Assembly: GCA_045646365.1 (NCBI GenBank)
Contig: JAZRKP010000010.1
Location: 42,820-106,819 of the forward strand
Reading direction: 5' to 3'
From: Clostridia bacterium
GTDB taxonomy: Bacteria; Bacillota; Clostridia; Monoglobales; Monoglobaceae
Length of the DNA stretch: 64,000 nucleotides
Below, in pieces: positions 19,868 through 29,100 of this stretch; the stretch's first letter is position 1, and the number at the start of each line of letters is the position of its first letter. The translations under genes were made by a program, and so were the position numbers. Below the pieces are notes generated by a model. It was not told where the DNA came from. It did no database searches and saw only the letters and a program-made list of their open reading frames with translations.

Positions 19868-20893
19868 ATGGATTTTGACAAGATTTACGGTCATGACGGA
19901 ATAAAATCCGTTTTAATAAATTCAGTTAAAGCCTCCAGAATAAATCACGCGTATATTTTTGAAGGGCAAACGGGCGTCGGACGGTTATCTGCCGCCCTTG
20001 CCTTTTCAAAGGCGATTCTTTGCGAGAATAAGCAGGACGGAAAGGCTTGCGGTGTCTGTAAAAGCTGTACTATGGCGGAGGCACAGTCCCACCCCGACAT
20101 AAGAATCGTCAGTAACGAGCTTTACGACGAAAGCTCAACCTCAAAGGATATTTTAGTCGGAACAATCCGCGAAATGAAAAAGGAGATTTATATAAAACCC
20201 TTTTATTCGGAGCGGAAAATTTATATTGTTCCAAAGGCGGAAACTATTAACGAAACGGCGCAGAACAGCCTTTTGAAAGTGTTTGAAGAACCGCCTGAGT
20301 ATTGCACGGTTATCCTCATTACGGATAATATCAATGCGTTTTTGCCAACGATTTTGTCCCGTGCGGTGGATATAAGATTTAACGCTCTTCCCAGTGAAAC
20401 TGTTGAAAGGTATCTTCGGGATAATTTCTCGGTGGCGGAGGAGATAATAAAAACAAAAGCCGCAATGAGCGACGGGAGCATCGGGGATGCTATTTCGCTT
20501 ATGAGCGACGAAAAGGCTGACGGTGACAGGGATTTAATTATAACTGAAATATGTAAACTGTCGGCATCTTCGGGGCGGAATCTCTATGATATAATAAATA
20601 AACTTAAAGGGTTTTCGCAAAATTCCGAATTTATGATGAAAACAATAACAATGTGGTTTCGCGACTGCCTCTATTTTAAGCAGGGCGGAGAAATTGTTAA
20701 TTTAGATAAGAAAAATGAACTTGAAAAATTCTGTGGCAGTATGCCGGGGGATGCACCTTTTCATCTTCTTGACATTGCTGTCCGTTACAGTGGATATATA
20801 AAACAAAGAGGCAGGTTTCCGTTACTTATAAACTGTATGCTTCTGGAGTGTTGGGAGGTTTTGTATGACAGAGATAATTGGAATAAGATTTAA
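19868..20893 (+). CDS. holB: DNA polymerase III subunit delta'
   Basis: HAYIFEGQTGVGR, a Zn-module CGVCKSC, KVFEEPP and SR-type motifs are present. GGAGG lies before the ATG at 19868. Confidence 0.85.
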   Translation: MDFDKIYGHDGIKSVLINSVKASRINHAYIFEGQTGVGRLSAALAFSKAILCENKQDGKACGVCKSCTMAEAQSHPDIRIVSNELYDESSTSKDILVGTIREMKKEIYIKPFYSERKIYIVPKAETINETAQNSLLKVFEEPPEYCTVILITDNINAFLPTILSRAVDIRFNALPSETVERYLRDNFSVAEEIIKTKAAMSDGSIGDAISLMSDEKADGDRDLIITEICKLSASSGRNLYDIINKLKGFSQNSEFMMKTITMWFRDCLYFKQGGEIVNLDKKNELEKFCGSMPGDAPFHLLDIAVRYSGYIKQRGRFPLLINCMLLECWEVLYDRDNWNKI

Positions 20894-21728
20894 TACGGCA
20901 GGGAAAATATACTATTTTGCACCAAACGGCAAAAAAGCTGATGTTGGTATGGGTGTTATCGTTGAAACTGCAAGAGGTGTTGAATTCGGAACGGTTGCAA
21001 TCGCAAATAAAATGGTTGATGAGAGCGAGGTTGTTCAGCCTCTTAAACCAATAACGAGGATTGCCACAAATGCTGACTATAACCAGCTTGAGGTAAATAA
21101 GGCGAAAGAAAAGGATGCTTTCCGTATCGCTAATGAAAAAATTGCAGAGCATAAACTCAATATGCACCTTGTTAATACCGAATATACCTTTGACGGAAGT
21201 AAAATTCTCTTCTATTTTACTGCTGAGGGCAGAGTTGATTTTCGTGAACTTGTCAAAACTCTTGCTGGAATTTTCAAAACAAGAATTGAACTTCGCCAGA
21301 TTGGTGTCCGTGATGAAGCTAAATCTTTGGGTGCAATCGGAATTTGCGGAAAAACATTATGTTGTTCAACTTTTTTGAGTGATTTTCACCCTGTTTCTAT
21401 AAAAATGGCAAAGGAGCAAGGTCTTTCTCTTAATCCAACAAAGATTTCGGGTGTTTGCGGAAGACTTATGTGCTGTCTTGAATATGAACAGAATGTTTAT
21501 GACGAAATGCTGAAAGTTGTTCCGCCGAAAGGCTCTTTGGTTGAGTGTGCTGACGGAAAAGGCGTTGTTATAGAATCTGAAACGCTGAAAGCTAAGGTTA
21601 AGGTTAAATTCGGCAGTGATGACGATATGGTTATAAGACAGTATGATGCAAAGGATGTTAAGGTGTTGAAAAAAGGAAAAGCTCCTAAGGAAGAAGAGGA
21701 AATTCCTGAGGGTGTTCCGGAGGACTAA
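20865..21728 (+). CDS. ricT: PSP1-domain protein (YaaT/RicT family)
   Basis: IIGIRFNTAGKIYYF, and a PSP1 C-terminal region with the Cys cluster GICGKTLCCSTF...CGRLMCCLEYE. It overlaps the holB end. Confidence 0.8.
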   Translation: MTEIIGIRFNTAGKIYYFAPNGKKADVGMGVIVETARGVEFGTVAIANKMVDESEVVQPLKPITRIATNADYNQLEVNKAKEKDAFRIANEKIAEHKLNMHLVNTEYTFDGSKILFYFTAEGRVDFRELVKTLAGIFKTRIELRQIGVRDEAKSLGAIGICGKTLCCSTFLSDFHPVSIKMAKEQGLSLNPTKISGVCGRLMCCLEYEQNVYDEMLKVVPPKGSLVECADGKGVVIESETLKAKVKVKFGSDDDMVIRQYDAKDVKVLKKGKAPKEEEEIPEGVPED

Positions 21729-21730
21729 AA

Positions 21731-22708
21731 GTGGGAAGAACTTATAACGGAAAGGTCAAGCTTTTGTATCTTGCAAAAATTCTTCTTGAGGAAACTGACG
21801 AGAATCATCCGCTTTCGACAACCGATATTCAAAGGAAACTTGAAAATTGCGGATTTCCCGTTGAGAGAAAGGCTCTTTATAACGACCTTGAAACCTTAGA
21901 GGATTTTGGACTTGATGTGCAGAAAATTAAGTCAAGAACAAACCTTTATTTTATCGGCTCAAACAATTTTGAACTCCCTGAGCTTAAGCTTTTGGTGGAT
22001 AGCGTTCAGGCGTCAAAGTTTATAACTGAGAAGAAGAGTGCTGAGCTTATCGGTAAGCTTGAAAAGCTGACAAGCAGGTATAATGCCAGTCTTCTTCAAA
22101 GACAGGTCTTTGTTTCAGGCAGAGCCAAAGCCTCAAATGAGCAGATTTATTATAATATTGACGCAATCCATGAGGCACTTTCCAAAAACCGGAAAATCTC
22201 GTTTAAATACTTTGAATGGACTGTTGATAAAAAGCAGGAATTCCGCAGAAACGGTGAGGAATATGTTCAGTCGCCTGTTGGACTTTCTCTGGTGGATAAC
22301 AATTATTATTTGATTGCTTACAGCGGAAAATACGAAAAAATTCTCCATTTCAGAGTGGATAAAATGAGCGGGATTTCCGTGACAGAGGAAATGGCGGAAA
22401 AGCCGAAAGGTAAATTTGATATTGCAGAATATACGAATAAAACTTTTAATATGTTCGGCGGAACTGACGAGAGGATTGAAATTCTTGTCCATAACAGTTT
22501 GATTGGCGTTATTATCGACCGATTCGGCAAGGAAGTCAGCACGATTAAAGCTGACGACGAGCATTTTATAGCAGTTTTAAGCGTCAATGCAAGTCCGCAG
22601 TTTTTAGGGTGGCTCTTAAGCTTTGGTGACAGAATGAAAGTGCTTTCCCCAAAAAGAGTCGTGGACGAAGTTAAAAATCTGACTAAAACAATTTATGAGA
22701 TGTATTAA
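21731..22708 (+). CDS. HTH + WYL-domain transcriptional regulator
   Basis: N-terminal winged HTH (KLLYLAKILLEETDENHPLSTTDIQRKLE), then a WYL-like core (YYLIAYSGKYEKILHFRVDKM) and a WCX-like C-terminus. The GTG start lies 3 nt after the ricT stop. Confidence 0.75.
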   Translation: MGRTYNGKVKLLYLAKILLEETDENHPLSTTDIQRKLENCGFPVERKALYNDLETLEDFGLDVQKIKSRTNLYFIGSNNFELPELKLLVDSVQASKFITEKKSAELIGKLEKLTSRYNASLLQRQVFVSGRAKASNEQIYYNIDAIHEALSKNRKISFKYFEWTVDKKQEFRRNGEEYVQSPVGLSLVDNNYYLIAYSGKYEKILHFRVDKMSGISVTEEMAEKPKGKFDIAEYTNKTFNMFGGTDERIEILVHNSLIGVIIDRFGKEVSTIKADDEHFIAVLSVNASPQFLGWLLSFGDRMKVLSPKRVVDEVKNLTKTIYEMY

Positions 22709-22740
22709 AAAAAAGTGAGGGAAGCCCCTCACTTTTTTTA
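22707..22740. terminator. Bidirectional rho-independent terminator
   Basis: agtgaggg aagc ccctcact, flanked by A8 and T7. Confidence 0.8.
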
Positions 22741-22745
22741 CTTTA

Positions 22746-24407
22746 TTAAAATAAATCCCAATCCTCAACATCGAGTTGATTCCATTCATTGTTTCCAACA
22801 GCAACAACGGTACCATCGGATTTTAACCCGATGGTATGATTATGTTCAGCAAAAATGGCTACAATATCTTTCCAATCTTTTACATCACATTGACCGTAGT
22901 CATTATTGCCGGTAGCAACAACGGTACCATTGGATTTTAATCCTACCGTATGGTGAAATCCTGCGGAAATTGCAACTATATGATTCCAATCTTTTACATC
23001 ACATTGACCGTAGTCATTATTGCCGGTAGCAACAACGGTGCCATCTGATTTTAGTCCTACCACATAATATTCGCCAGTGGTTATTGCAATGATATCTTTG
23101 AATTTTTTGTTATCACGGATCTGAATTCCGGCGGTAATAACGGTACCGTCTTTTTTTAATCCAGCGGTAAGGTCGCCTCCTGCGGAAATTGCAATAATAT
23201 CATTCCAGCCCATAACATCACATTGTCCGAATTCATTACTGCCGGTAGCAACAACAGTACCATCCGATCTTAAACCCACTAAATGCCAGTGACTTGAGGA
23301 AAGTGCGACGATATTAGACCAATTATCTGTATTGTTTTTCCAGTAATCATTATATCTGTCCCAAACAGTAAGTGTTCCGGTAGAGTTTAAACCTGCTATA
23401 TGGTCGGAGCCTGCGGATAATGCAACAATGTCTGTCCAATCATCAACAGCGTTGATGTAATTGGTAACAACAGTACCATCAGTTTTTAGTCCAAGTGTCA
23501 GCGATGCAGGCCCTACAGAAATTTTAGTAATATCATTCCAATCCTCAACATCGCATTGCCCCCACTGATTCCATCCGGATGCAACAACAGTCCCATTGGA
23601 TTTTAGACCAACTACATTATGAGAGGTTGTGCGGATATAGTCGCTATATTTGGTGATTTCTTCACGGGCTTTTGCCATCTCTTTTTTTAACAGTTCGTGT
23701 TCTGTATCCCTACTGATGGCAAATCCGCAAATTGCAATAATAAGAACTGAAATTCCAATAATTGAAAATTTCAAAATCTTCTTTTTATTTCTCTCTTTGT
23801 TTTCTTTTTCAGCAGTTTCTGTATTTTCGGCATATTCAAGACATTTTTTTGTAAGACTTGACGAGTCTTTATAGTCAGGAATAAATTCGAAGAACTTTGA
23901 TGCTTTTCTGTAGTCCTCGGCAGTTTTTGGATTTGTCATAAGACTCATAGCGCTTGTATATATTTCTTCTTGACGCTCACATTCGTTTCTTGAATTTATA
24001 TGGTTTATGTATTCCTCTAAAGTCTTTTTTAAATCTTCGTTTCCGAAACGAAGGATTTTCTGATAGTTGGGGCTTTCATCAAATGGGATTTTTAAGTTTT
24101 GCAAGTCTGCTTGATTTCTTGCCTCGAATTCTGCCATAAGTTTTCCAAGATATGCTTCAGCGCATTCAACATTTATATCAAGAAGTTTTTCGCAGTATTC
24201 ATAAGCGCTTTTAAAGTCGCCGTCCTCTAAAAATAGAAAAATACGCTTAACAAGATTTGAAACATTCGCTGTTGATTCGGATGAGCCGGTTCCCATAGCG
24301 TTTGTGATAACAACTGTTTTAGCACCACAACTTTTGCAACATCCCGAATTGTCATTTTGGTTTATGATAAGTTCTCCGCCACAGATTTTGCATTTTAAAT
24401 CTGACAT
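22746..24407 (-). CDS. Membrane protein with an N-terminal double CxxC zinc ribbon, a helical/TPR-like region, one TM helix and about 8 extracytoplasmic RCC1-like beta-propeller repeats
   Basis: CKICGG...CKSCGA, then AEAYLGKLMAE-type helices, then the TM helix ILKFSIIGISVLIIAICGFAI. Repeats follow the pattern VGLKSDGTVVATGNNDYGQCDVKDW.DIVAISAG. Confidence 0.7.
   Translation of the reverse strand: MSDLKCKICGGELIINQNDNSGCCKSCGAKTVVITNAMGTGSSESTANVSNLVKRIFLFLEDGDFKSAYEYCEKLLDINVECAEAYLGKLMAEFEARNQADLQNLKIPFDESPNYQKILRFGNEDLKKTLEEYINHINSRNECERQEEIYTSAMSLMTNPKTAEDYRKASKFFEFIPDYKDSSSLTKKCLEYAENTETAEKENKERNKKKILKFSIIGISVLIIAICGFAISRDTEHELLKKEMAKAREEITKYSDYIRTTSHNVVGLKSNGTVVASGWNQWGQCDVEDWNDITKISVGPASLTLGLKTDGTVVTNYINAVDDWTDIVALSAGSDHIAGLNSTGTLTVWDRYNDYWKNNTDNWSNIVALSSSHWHLVGLRSDGTVVATGSNEFGQCDVMGWNDIIAISAGGDLTAGLKKDGTVITAGIQIRDNKKFKDIIAITTGEYYVVGLKSDGTVVATGNNDYGQCDVKDWNHIVAISAGFHHTVGLKSNGTVVATGNNDYGQCDVKDWKDIVAIFAEHNHTIGLKSDGTVVAVGNNEWNQLDVEDWDLF
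22871..23039 (-). repeat. Intragenic tandem duplication (114-bp period, two 55-nt identical blocks) within the RCC1-like repeats
   Basis: 22871-22925 is identical to 22985-23039 (tccaatcttttacatcacattgaccgtagtcattattgccggtagcaacaacggt). Confidence 0.9.
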
Positions 24408-24419
24408 AATAATTCCTCC

Positions 24420-24950
24420 TTAATATTCCTTTGTGTTTCTTATTATTTCAAAGACTTTGTCTTCACCCTCATCAGCAAGGATTTTAAGCCAGCCTTCCAA
24501 TAAATCTGAGGTTTCGGGGTGGAATAAAATACGGTTAGCCTTGCCCCTCATAAAATAATCGTAAGGGTGTTGATTTGTGTAATTTTCACCCTGATAAATC
24601 TTGCTTGCGGCAACACGGTCGCAAAACATTTCCTTAACATATTTAATGGGCATCTTAACCCCTGCAACCTGACGGATTTTCGGGTTATAGTCGTTCCAAT
24701 ACTCGAAATGATGCTTGTTTCTGCCCTTGTGGTGCATCCACGCCATAGAATAGCCATTTTGCTCTCGCTCTTTCTCGTTGGGACTCTTAACCCCGTCATA
24801 ATAATTTTTAACACCTCTTAGAAACTCGGTTGGGGTGTATTTGGAGAGGTCGTGGAAAAGTCCTTGCCACAAAATCCCCGCCTTTTTACAGTGGGCGATA
24901 ACCCTGTGTCTGTGTCTTGTTATTGTAGAAAAATGTCCAATCAAATTCAA
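24420..24950 (-). CDS. DUF5662-like protein with an HD-like His/Asp motif
   Basis: TTG start after AAAGGTG. It carries TRHRHRV, GLFHDLSKY and AWMHHKGRNKHHFEYW. The family name is recalled from memory. The gap to the downstream gene is 12 nt. Confidence 0.5.
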   Translation of the reverse strand: MNLIGHFSTITRHRHRVIAHCKKAGILWQGLFHDLSKYTPTEFLRGVKNYYDGVKSPNEKEREQNGYSMAWMHHKGRNKHHFEYWNDYNPKIRQVAGVKMPIKYVKEMFCDRVAASKIYQGENYTNQHPYDYFMRGKANRILFHPETSDLLEGWLKILADEGEDKVFEIIRNTKEY

Positions 24951-25082
24951 ATTAAATCACCTTTTTATATTTTATATTTATATTTTACCACAAAAAAATT
25001 TTTAATCAAGAGTAATAATGGAATTTACAAAATCAATTTTATGTGATACAATATATGTATTACTTTTTATGAGGGTTTTATT

Positions 25083-26114
25083 ATGAAAGTTTCAATCGGA
25101 AATATAAAAATCGGTCAGGGCGAGAAAATTGCCATTCAGTCAATGACAAATGTTATCGCATCGGACACGGAGAAAACTATAAGGCAGATAAATGAGCTTG
25201 CGGAGGCAGGCTGTGATATTGTTCGTTTTGCTGTTCCTGATGAGGAATGTGCAAAAGCGGTCTATAAGATTAAGGAAAAGACAAATGTTCCTCTCGTTGC
25301 GGATATTCATTTTGACTATCGGCTTGCCCTTATGTGTATTGAGCGGGGAATAGACAAGGTCAGAATTAACCCCGGCAACATTGGTGGAGAGGACAGAGCG
25401 AAGGCGGTTTTACTGGCGGCGAAAAAGGCAGGGATTCCTATTCGTGTGGGCGTAAATGGCGGTTCTTTAGAAAAGGAAATTCTTAAAAAATACGGCGGGA
25501 TTACTCCTGAGGGAATGGTTGAGTCGGCTTTAGGTCACATAAAACTAATGGAGAAATATGATTTTACGGATATTGTTGTTTCCATAAAATCCTCGGATGT
25601 TAAAAAAACCATTCAGGCATACCGTCTTGCAAGAGAAACTTTTGATTACCCTCTGCATCTCGGCGTTACGGAGGCTGGGACATACACGGGCGGTCTGGTT
25701 AAGTCATCAATCGGAATCGGCTCTCTTTTAGCCGACGGAATTGGTGAAACTATAAGAGTGTCGCTTACTGATGACCCTGTAAAAGAGGTTGAGGCGGCGA
25801 AAATGATTCTGTCTGCTCTTGATTTGGGCGAGAAAACTGTTAAGGTGGTTTCCTGTCCAACCTGCGGAAGAACGAAAATTGACCTTATAAAAATCGCCAA
25901 CGAAGTTACTGAAGCGGTTAAAAATATTAAAAAGGATATAACCGTTGCGGTTATGGGCTGTGTTGTGAATGGGCCGGGTGAGGCGAAAGATGCGGATATT
26001 GGAATCGCCGGCGGTGACGGATGTGCAATGCTCTTTAAAAAGGGCGAAATTGTTGGGAAAGTTTCCGAAAATGAGGTTACAAAAACCTTGCTTTCGGAAA
26101 TAGAAAAAATGTAG
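25083..26114 (+). CDS. ispG: 4-hydroxy-3-methylbut-2-en-1-yl diphosphate synthase
   Basis: IAIQSMTN, DIVRFAVP, RINPGNIG and the C-terminal CPTCGR...GCVVNGPGE Fe-S motifs. Confidence 0.9.
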   Translation: MKVSIGNIKIGQGEKIAIQSMTNVIASDTEKTIRQINELAEAGCDIVRFAVPDEECAKAVYKIKEKTNVPLVADIHFDYRLALMCIERGIDKVRINPGNIGGEDRAKAVLLAAKKAGIPIRVGVNGGSLEKEILKKYGGITPEGMVESALGHIKLMEKYDFTDIVVSIKSSDVKKTIQAYRLARETFDYPLHLGVTEAGTYTGGLVKSSIGIGSLLADGIGETIRVSLTDDPVKEVEAAKMILSALDLGEKTVKVVSCPTCGRTKIDLIKIANEVTEAVKNIKKDITVAVMGCVVNGPGEAKDADIGIAGGDGCAMLFKKGEIVGKVSENEVTKTLLSEIEKM

Positions 26115-26132
26115 AGAAAAGGATAGATTGTT

Positions 26133-29100
26133 TTGGCAACTTTGCTTGATTTATTTGATAAAGTTCCCGTTGTTGAGAGCTTTGCGAAAGTTCTTGAAAA
26201 TGCGGAAATAACAGACGCCAATCTTAATGTTAAAAACAATAAGGTTGCAGTTAAGCTGAAAAGTCAGACGCTTATTGATGCGGACGAGCTTTTTAGCTTT
26301 ATTGACATTGCGAAAAACAAGTATTCCCTAAACGATTGCACAGTCGATATTGTTTATGAAAATATGGAGTTTACCGAAAGCTATGGCGAAAACCTCGTGA
26401 AAAGGCTGTGTCGGGCTGTGCCGTCCTGTCGTATATTTTTAAACGGAGCGAAAGCTGAGCTTGATGGCGATACGATTTTAATCAAGGGAATCCACGGCGG
26501 AACAGAAATTTTAAAGTCCAGTGATTGCGAGAGGGTTATTGCACAGATTGCAAACGGTGAACTCGGCGGAGAATTTACGGGTAAATTCCTGTGTGCAGAG
26601 TTTGACAGAGAAGCGCATATTCTGGAACAGGAGAAGATTACAGAGGAAAAAGCAAAGGCGGCACAGACATTTGTTGTGCAGAAAAGCGAGGTTGTTTCTA
26701 AAAAGCCTGTGCTTGCGTCAGGACATATTTTCGGTATTCCGATTAAAGAGCAAAAGATAACACCAATCATTGATGTTCTGCCCGACACGGGGATAACTGT
26801 TATTGCGGGAGAAATTATTGACTGTGAAATCAGAGAACTTCAGAAAGGCGGAAAGCCAACGGGAAATGTTGTTGCTGACTTTGATTTGGGAGATAAAAAC
26901 TGGGCAGTTCCCTGCCATATTTTCTCCAAAGCTGAGAAGTTTAAAAATGCAATGGATAACTTAAAACCGGGCAATTTCTTAAAAGTACGCGGTGAATATA
27001 AAATGGATGATTATGCCCACGAGAATAAGTTTAATGTGCTTTCTATGGAGCTTCTTGAAAAGCCTGCCCCAAGAGTTGATGAGGCGGAGGTTAAACGAGT
27101 TGAGCTTCATTTGCATACGAAAATGAGTGCAAAGGACGCTATGACCTCAGCAGGAGACCTTATCTCCCGTGCTGCATCGTGGGGACACAGTGCAATCGCA
27201 ATAACTGACCACGGCGTGGCTCAGGCTTTCCCTGAAGCACAGAACACTGCAGGAAAACTTGCGAAATCAGGGAAGAATATTAAAATTCTGTATGGAACAG
27301 AGGGGTATTTTGTAAACGATGTTCCGATTTGGAAGAATAATACATATAAGGGCGGAACATATGTGGTTTTCGATTTGGAAACCACGGGTCTTGACCCGAA
27401 ATGCGAAAAAATAACGGAGATTGGTGCGGTTAAGATTGAAAATGGTGTGATAACCAAAACTTTCAGCGCTCTGGTTAATCCTATGAAACCAATTCCGCCA
27501 AATATAACGGAACTTACGGGGATTTCTGACGATATGGTTAAGGACTGCCCTGATATTTCCAATGCAATGCCGAAATTCCTCGAATTCTGCGGAAATGCCA
27601 TTGCAGTTGCACATAATGCAAAATTTGACACTTCTTTCGTTAAAGCTGAGTGCGAGAAATTAGGTCTTGAGTTTAATAATGAAACTATGGATACAGTGGA
27701 GCTTTCTAAAGAAATGTTCCCTGACGAGAAAAAACATAATCTTGCTGTTTTGAGCGAGAGACTTAATATAAGCCTTGAAAATCACCACAGAGCCGTTGAC
27801 GATGCAACTGCAACGGCGGAGGCTTTCATAAAAATGATGGATATGAAAGAGGAAAAGGAAAATCAGGGCGACTATTTTGATATAAAATCAAAGCCTGAAT
27901 TTCTGAAACAGCCGTACTATCATATTATAATTCTTGCTAAAAATATGACGGGGATAAAGAATCTTTACCGCCTCATTTCCAAGTCAAATCTGGAATATTT
28001 CTATAAGAGACCAAGAATACCAAAGAGTGAGCTTATGGCACACAGAGATGGACTCATTATAGGCTCTGCCTGCGAAATGGGTGAAGTATACAGAGCAATC
28101 CGTGAGGGGAAATCCGAGGCGGAAATTGAGGCAATCGCAAGCTTTTATGACTATCTTGAAATCCAGCCATTGGGGAATAATGACTTTATGTTAAGGTCGG
28201 GCCTTGTTTCAAGTGAGGAAGAACTCAAAGACATAAACAGACGGATTGTTGCCCTTGGTGAAAAATTAGGCAAAAAGGTTGTTGCGACTTGCGATGTTCA
28301 CTTTATGGACCCTGGCGACGCTCTTTATCGTCAGGTTCTTCAGGGCGCACAGGGGTATTCCGATGCGGATATGCAGGCACCTTTGTATCTCAGAACAACC
28401 GAAGAAATGCTTGCTGAATTTGAATATTTAGGTGAAGAAAAAGCATATGAAATCGTCGTTAAGAATACAAACGAGATTGCAGATTCTATTGAAAACTTAA
28501 AACCGCTCAGGAGTGGGTCTTATCCTCCGTCTATCGAAAACTGTGAGGAGGATTTGGACAGAATGTGCCGTGAAAAGGCGTATGAGGTCTATGGAAATCC
28601 GCTTCCGCCAATCGTTAAGGCTCGAATGGACCGAGAGCTTGGCTGTATCCTGGGATATGGTTATGCGGTTATGTATATGATTGCCCATAAGTTGGTTAAA
28701 AAGTCAAATGAGGCAGGGTATCTGGTTGGTTCCCGAGGCTCTGTCGGCTCATCTTTTGCGGCGTTTTTGTCGGGAATAACAGAGGTTAACGCCCTCTGCC
28801 CACACTATATATGCCATAACTGTAAACATAGCGAGTTCTTTGAAAACGGTGAATATACAATCGGAATTGATATGCCCGATAAAATTTGCCCTGAGTGTGG
28901 TCAGAAAATGAAGAAAGACGGCTTTAACATTCCGTTTGAAACATTCCTTGGCTTTGAGGGTGATAAAGTCCCCGATATTGACCTTAACTTCTCCGGTGAA
29001 TATCAGGCAACGGCACACAAATATGTTGAAGAGCTTTTCGGTGAGGGCTATGTGTTCAAAGCGGGAACAATCGGTACTATCGCTGATAAAACTGCTATCG

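Noticed and set aside
22746-24407. Regularly spaced, near-identical DNA repeats that could be mistaken for a CRISPR-like or satellite array
   Set aside because: The repeats are in frame within a long ORF, have a 114-bp (38-codon) period, and encode RCC1-type propeller blades. There are no unique spacers and no cas genes.
25646-26239. A 197-aa ORF antisense to ispG/polC. Similar long antisense ORFs occur at 31402..31935, 32979..33488, 43105..43590, 51595..52083, 11298..11711, 29457..29945 and 57693..58190
   Set aside because: All lie entirely inside, and opposite to, well-supported conserved genes. They have low-complexity Ser/Leu/Arg-rich translations typical of shadow frames and lack SD sequences.
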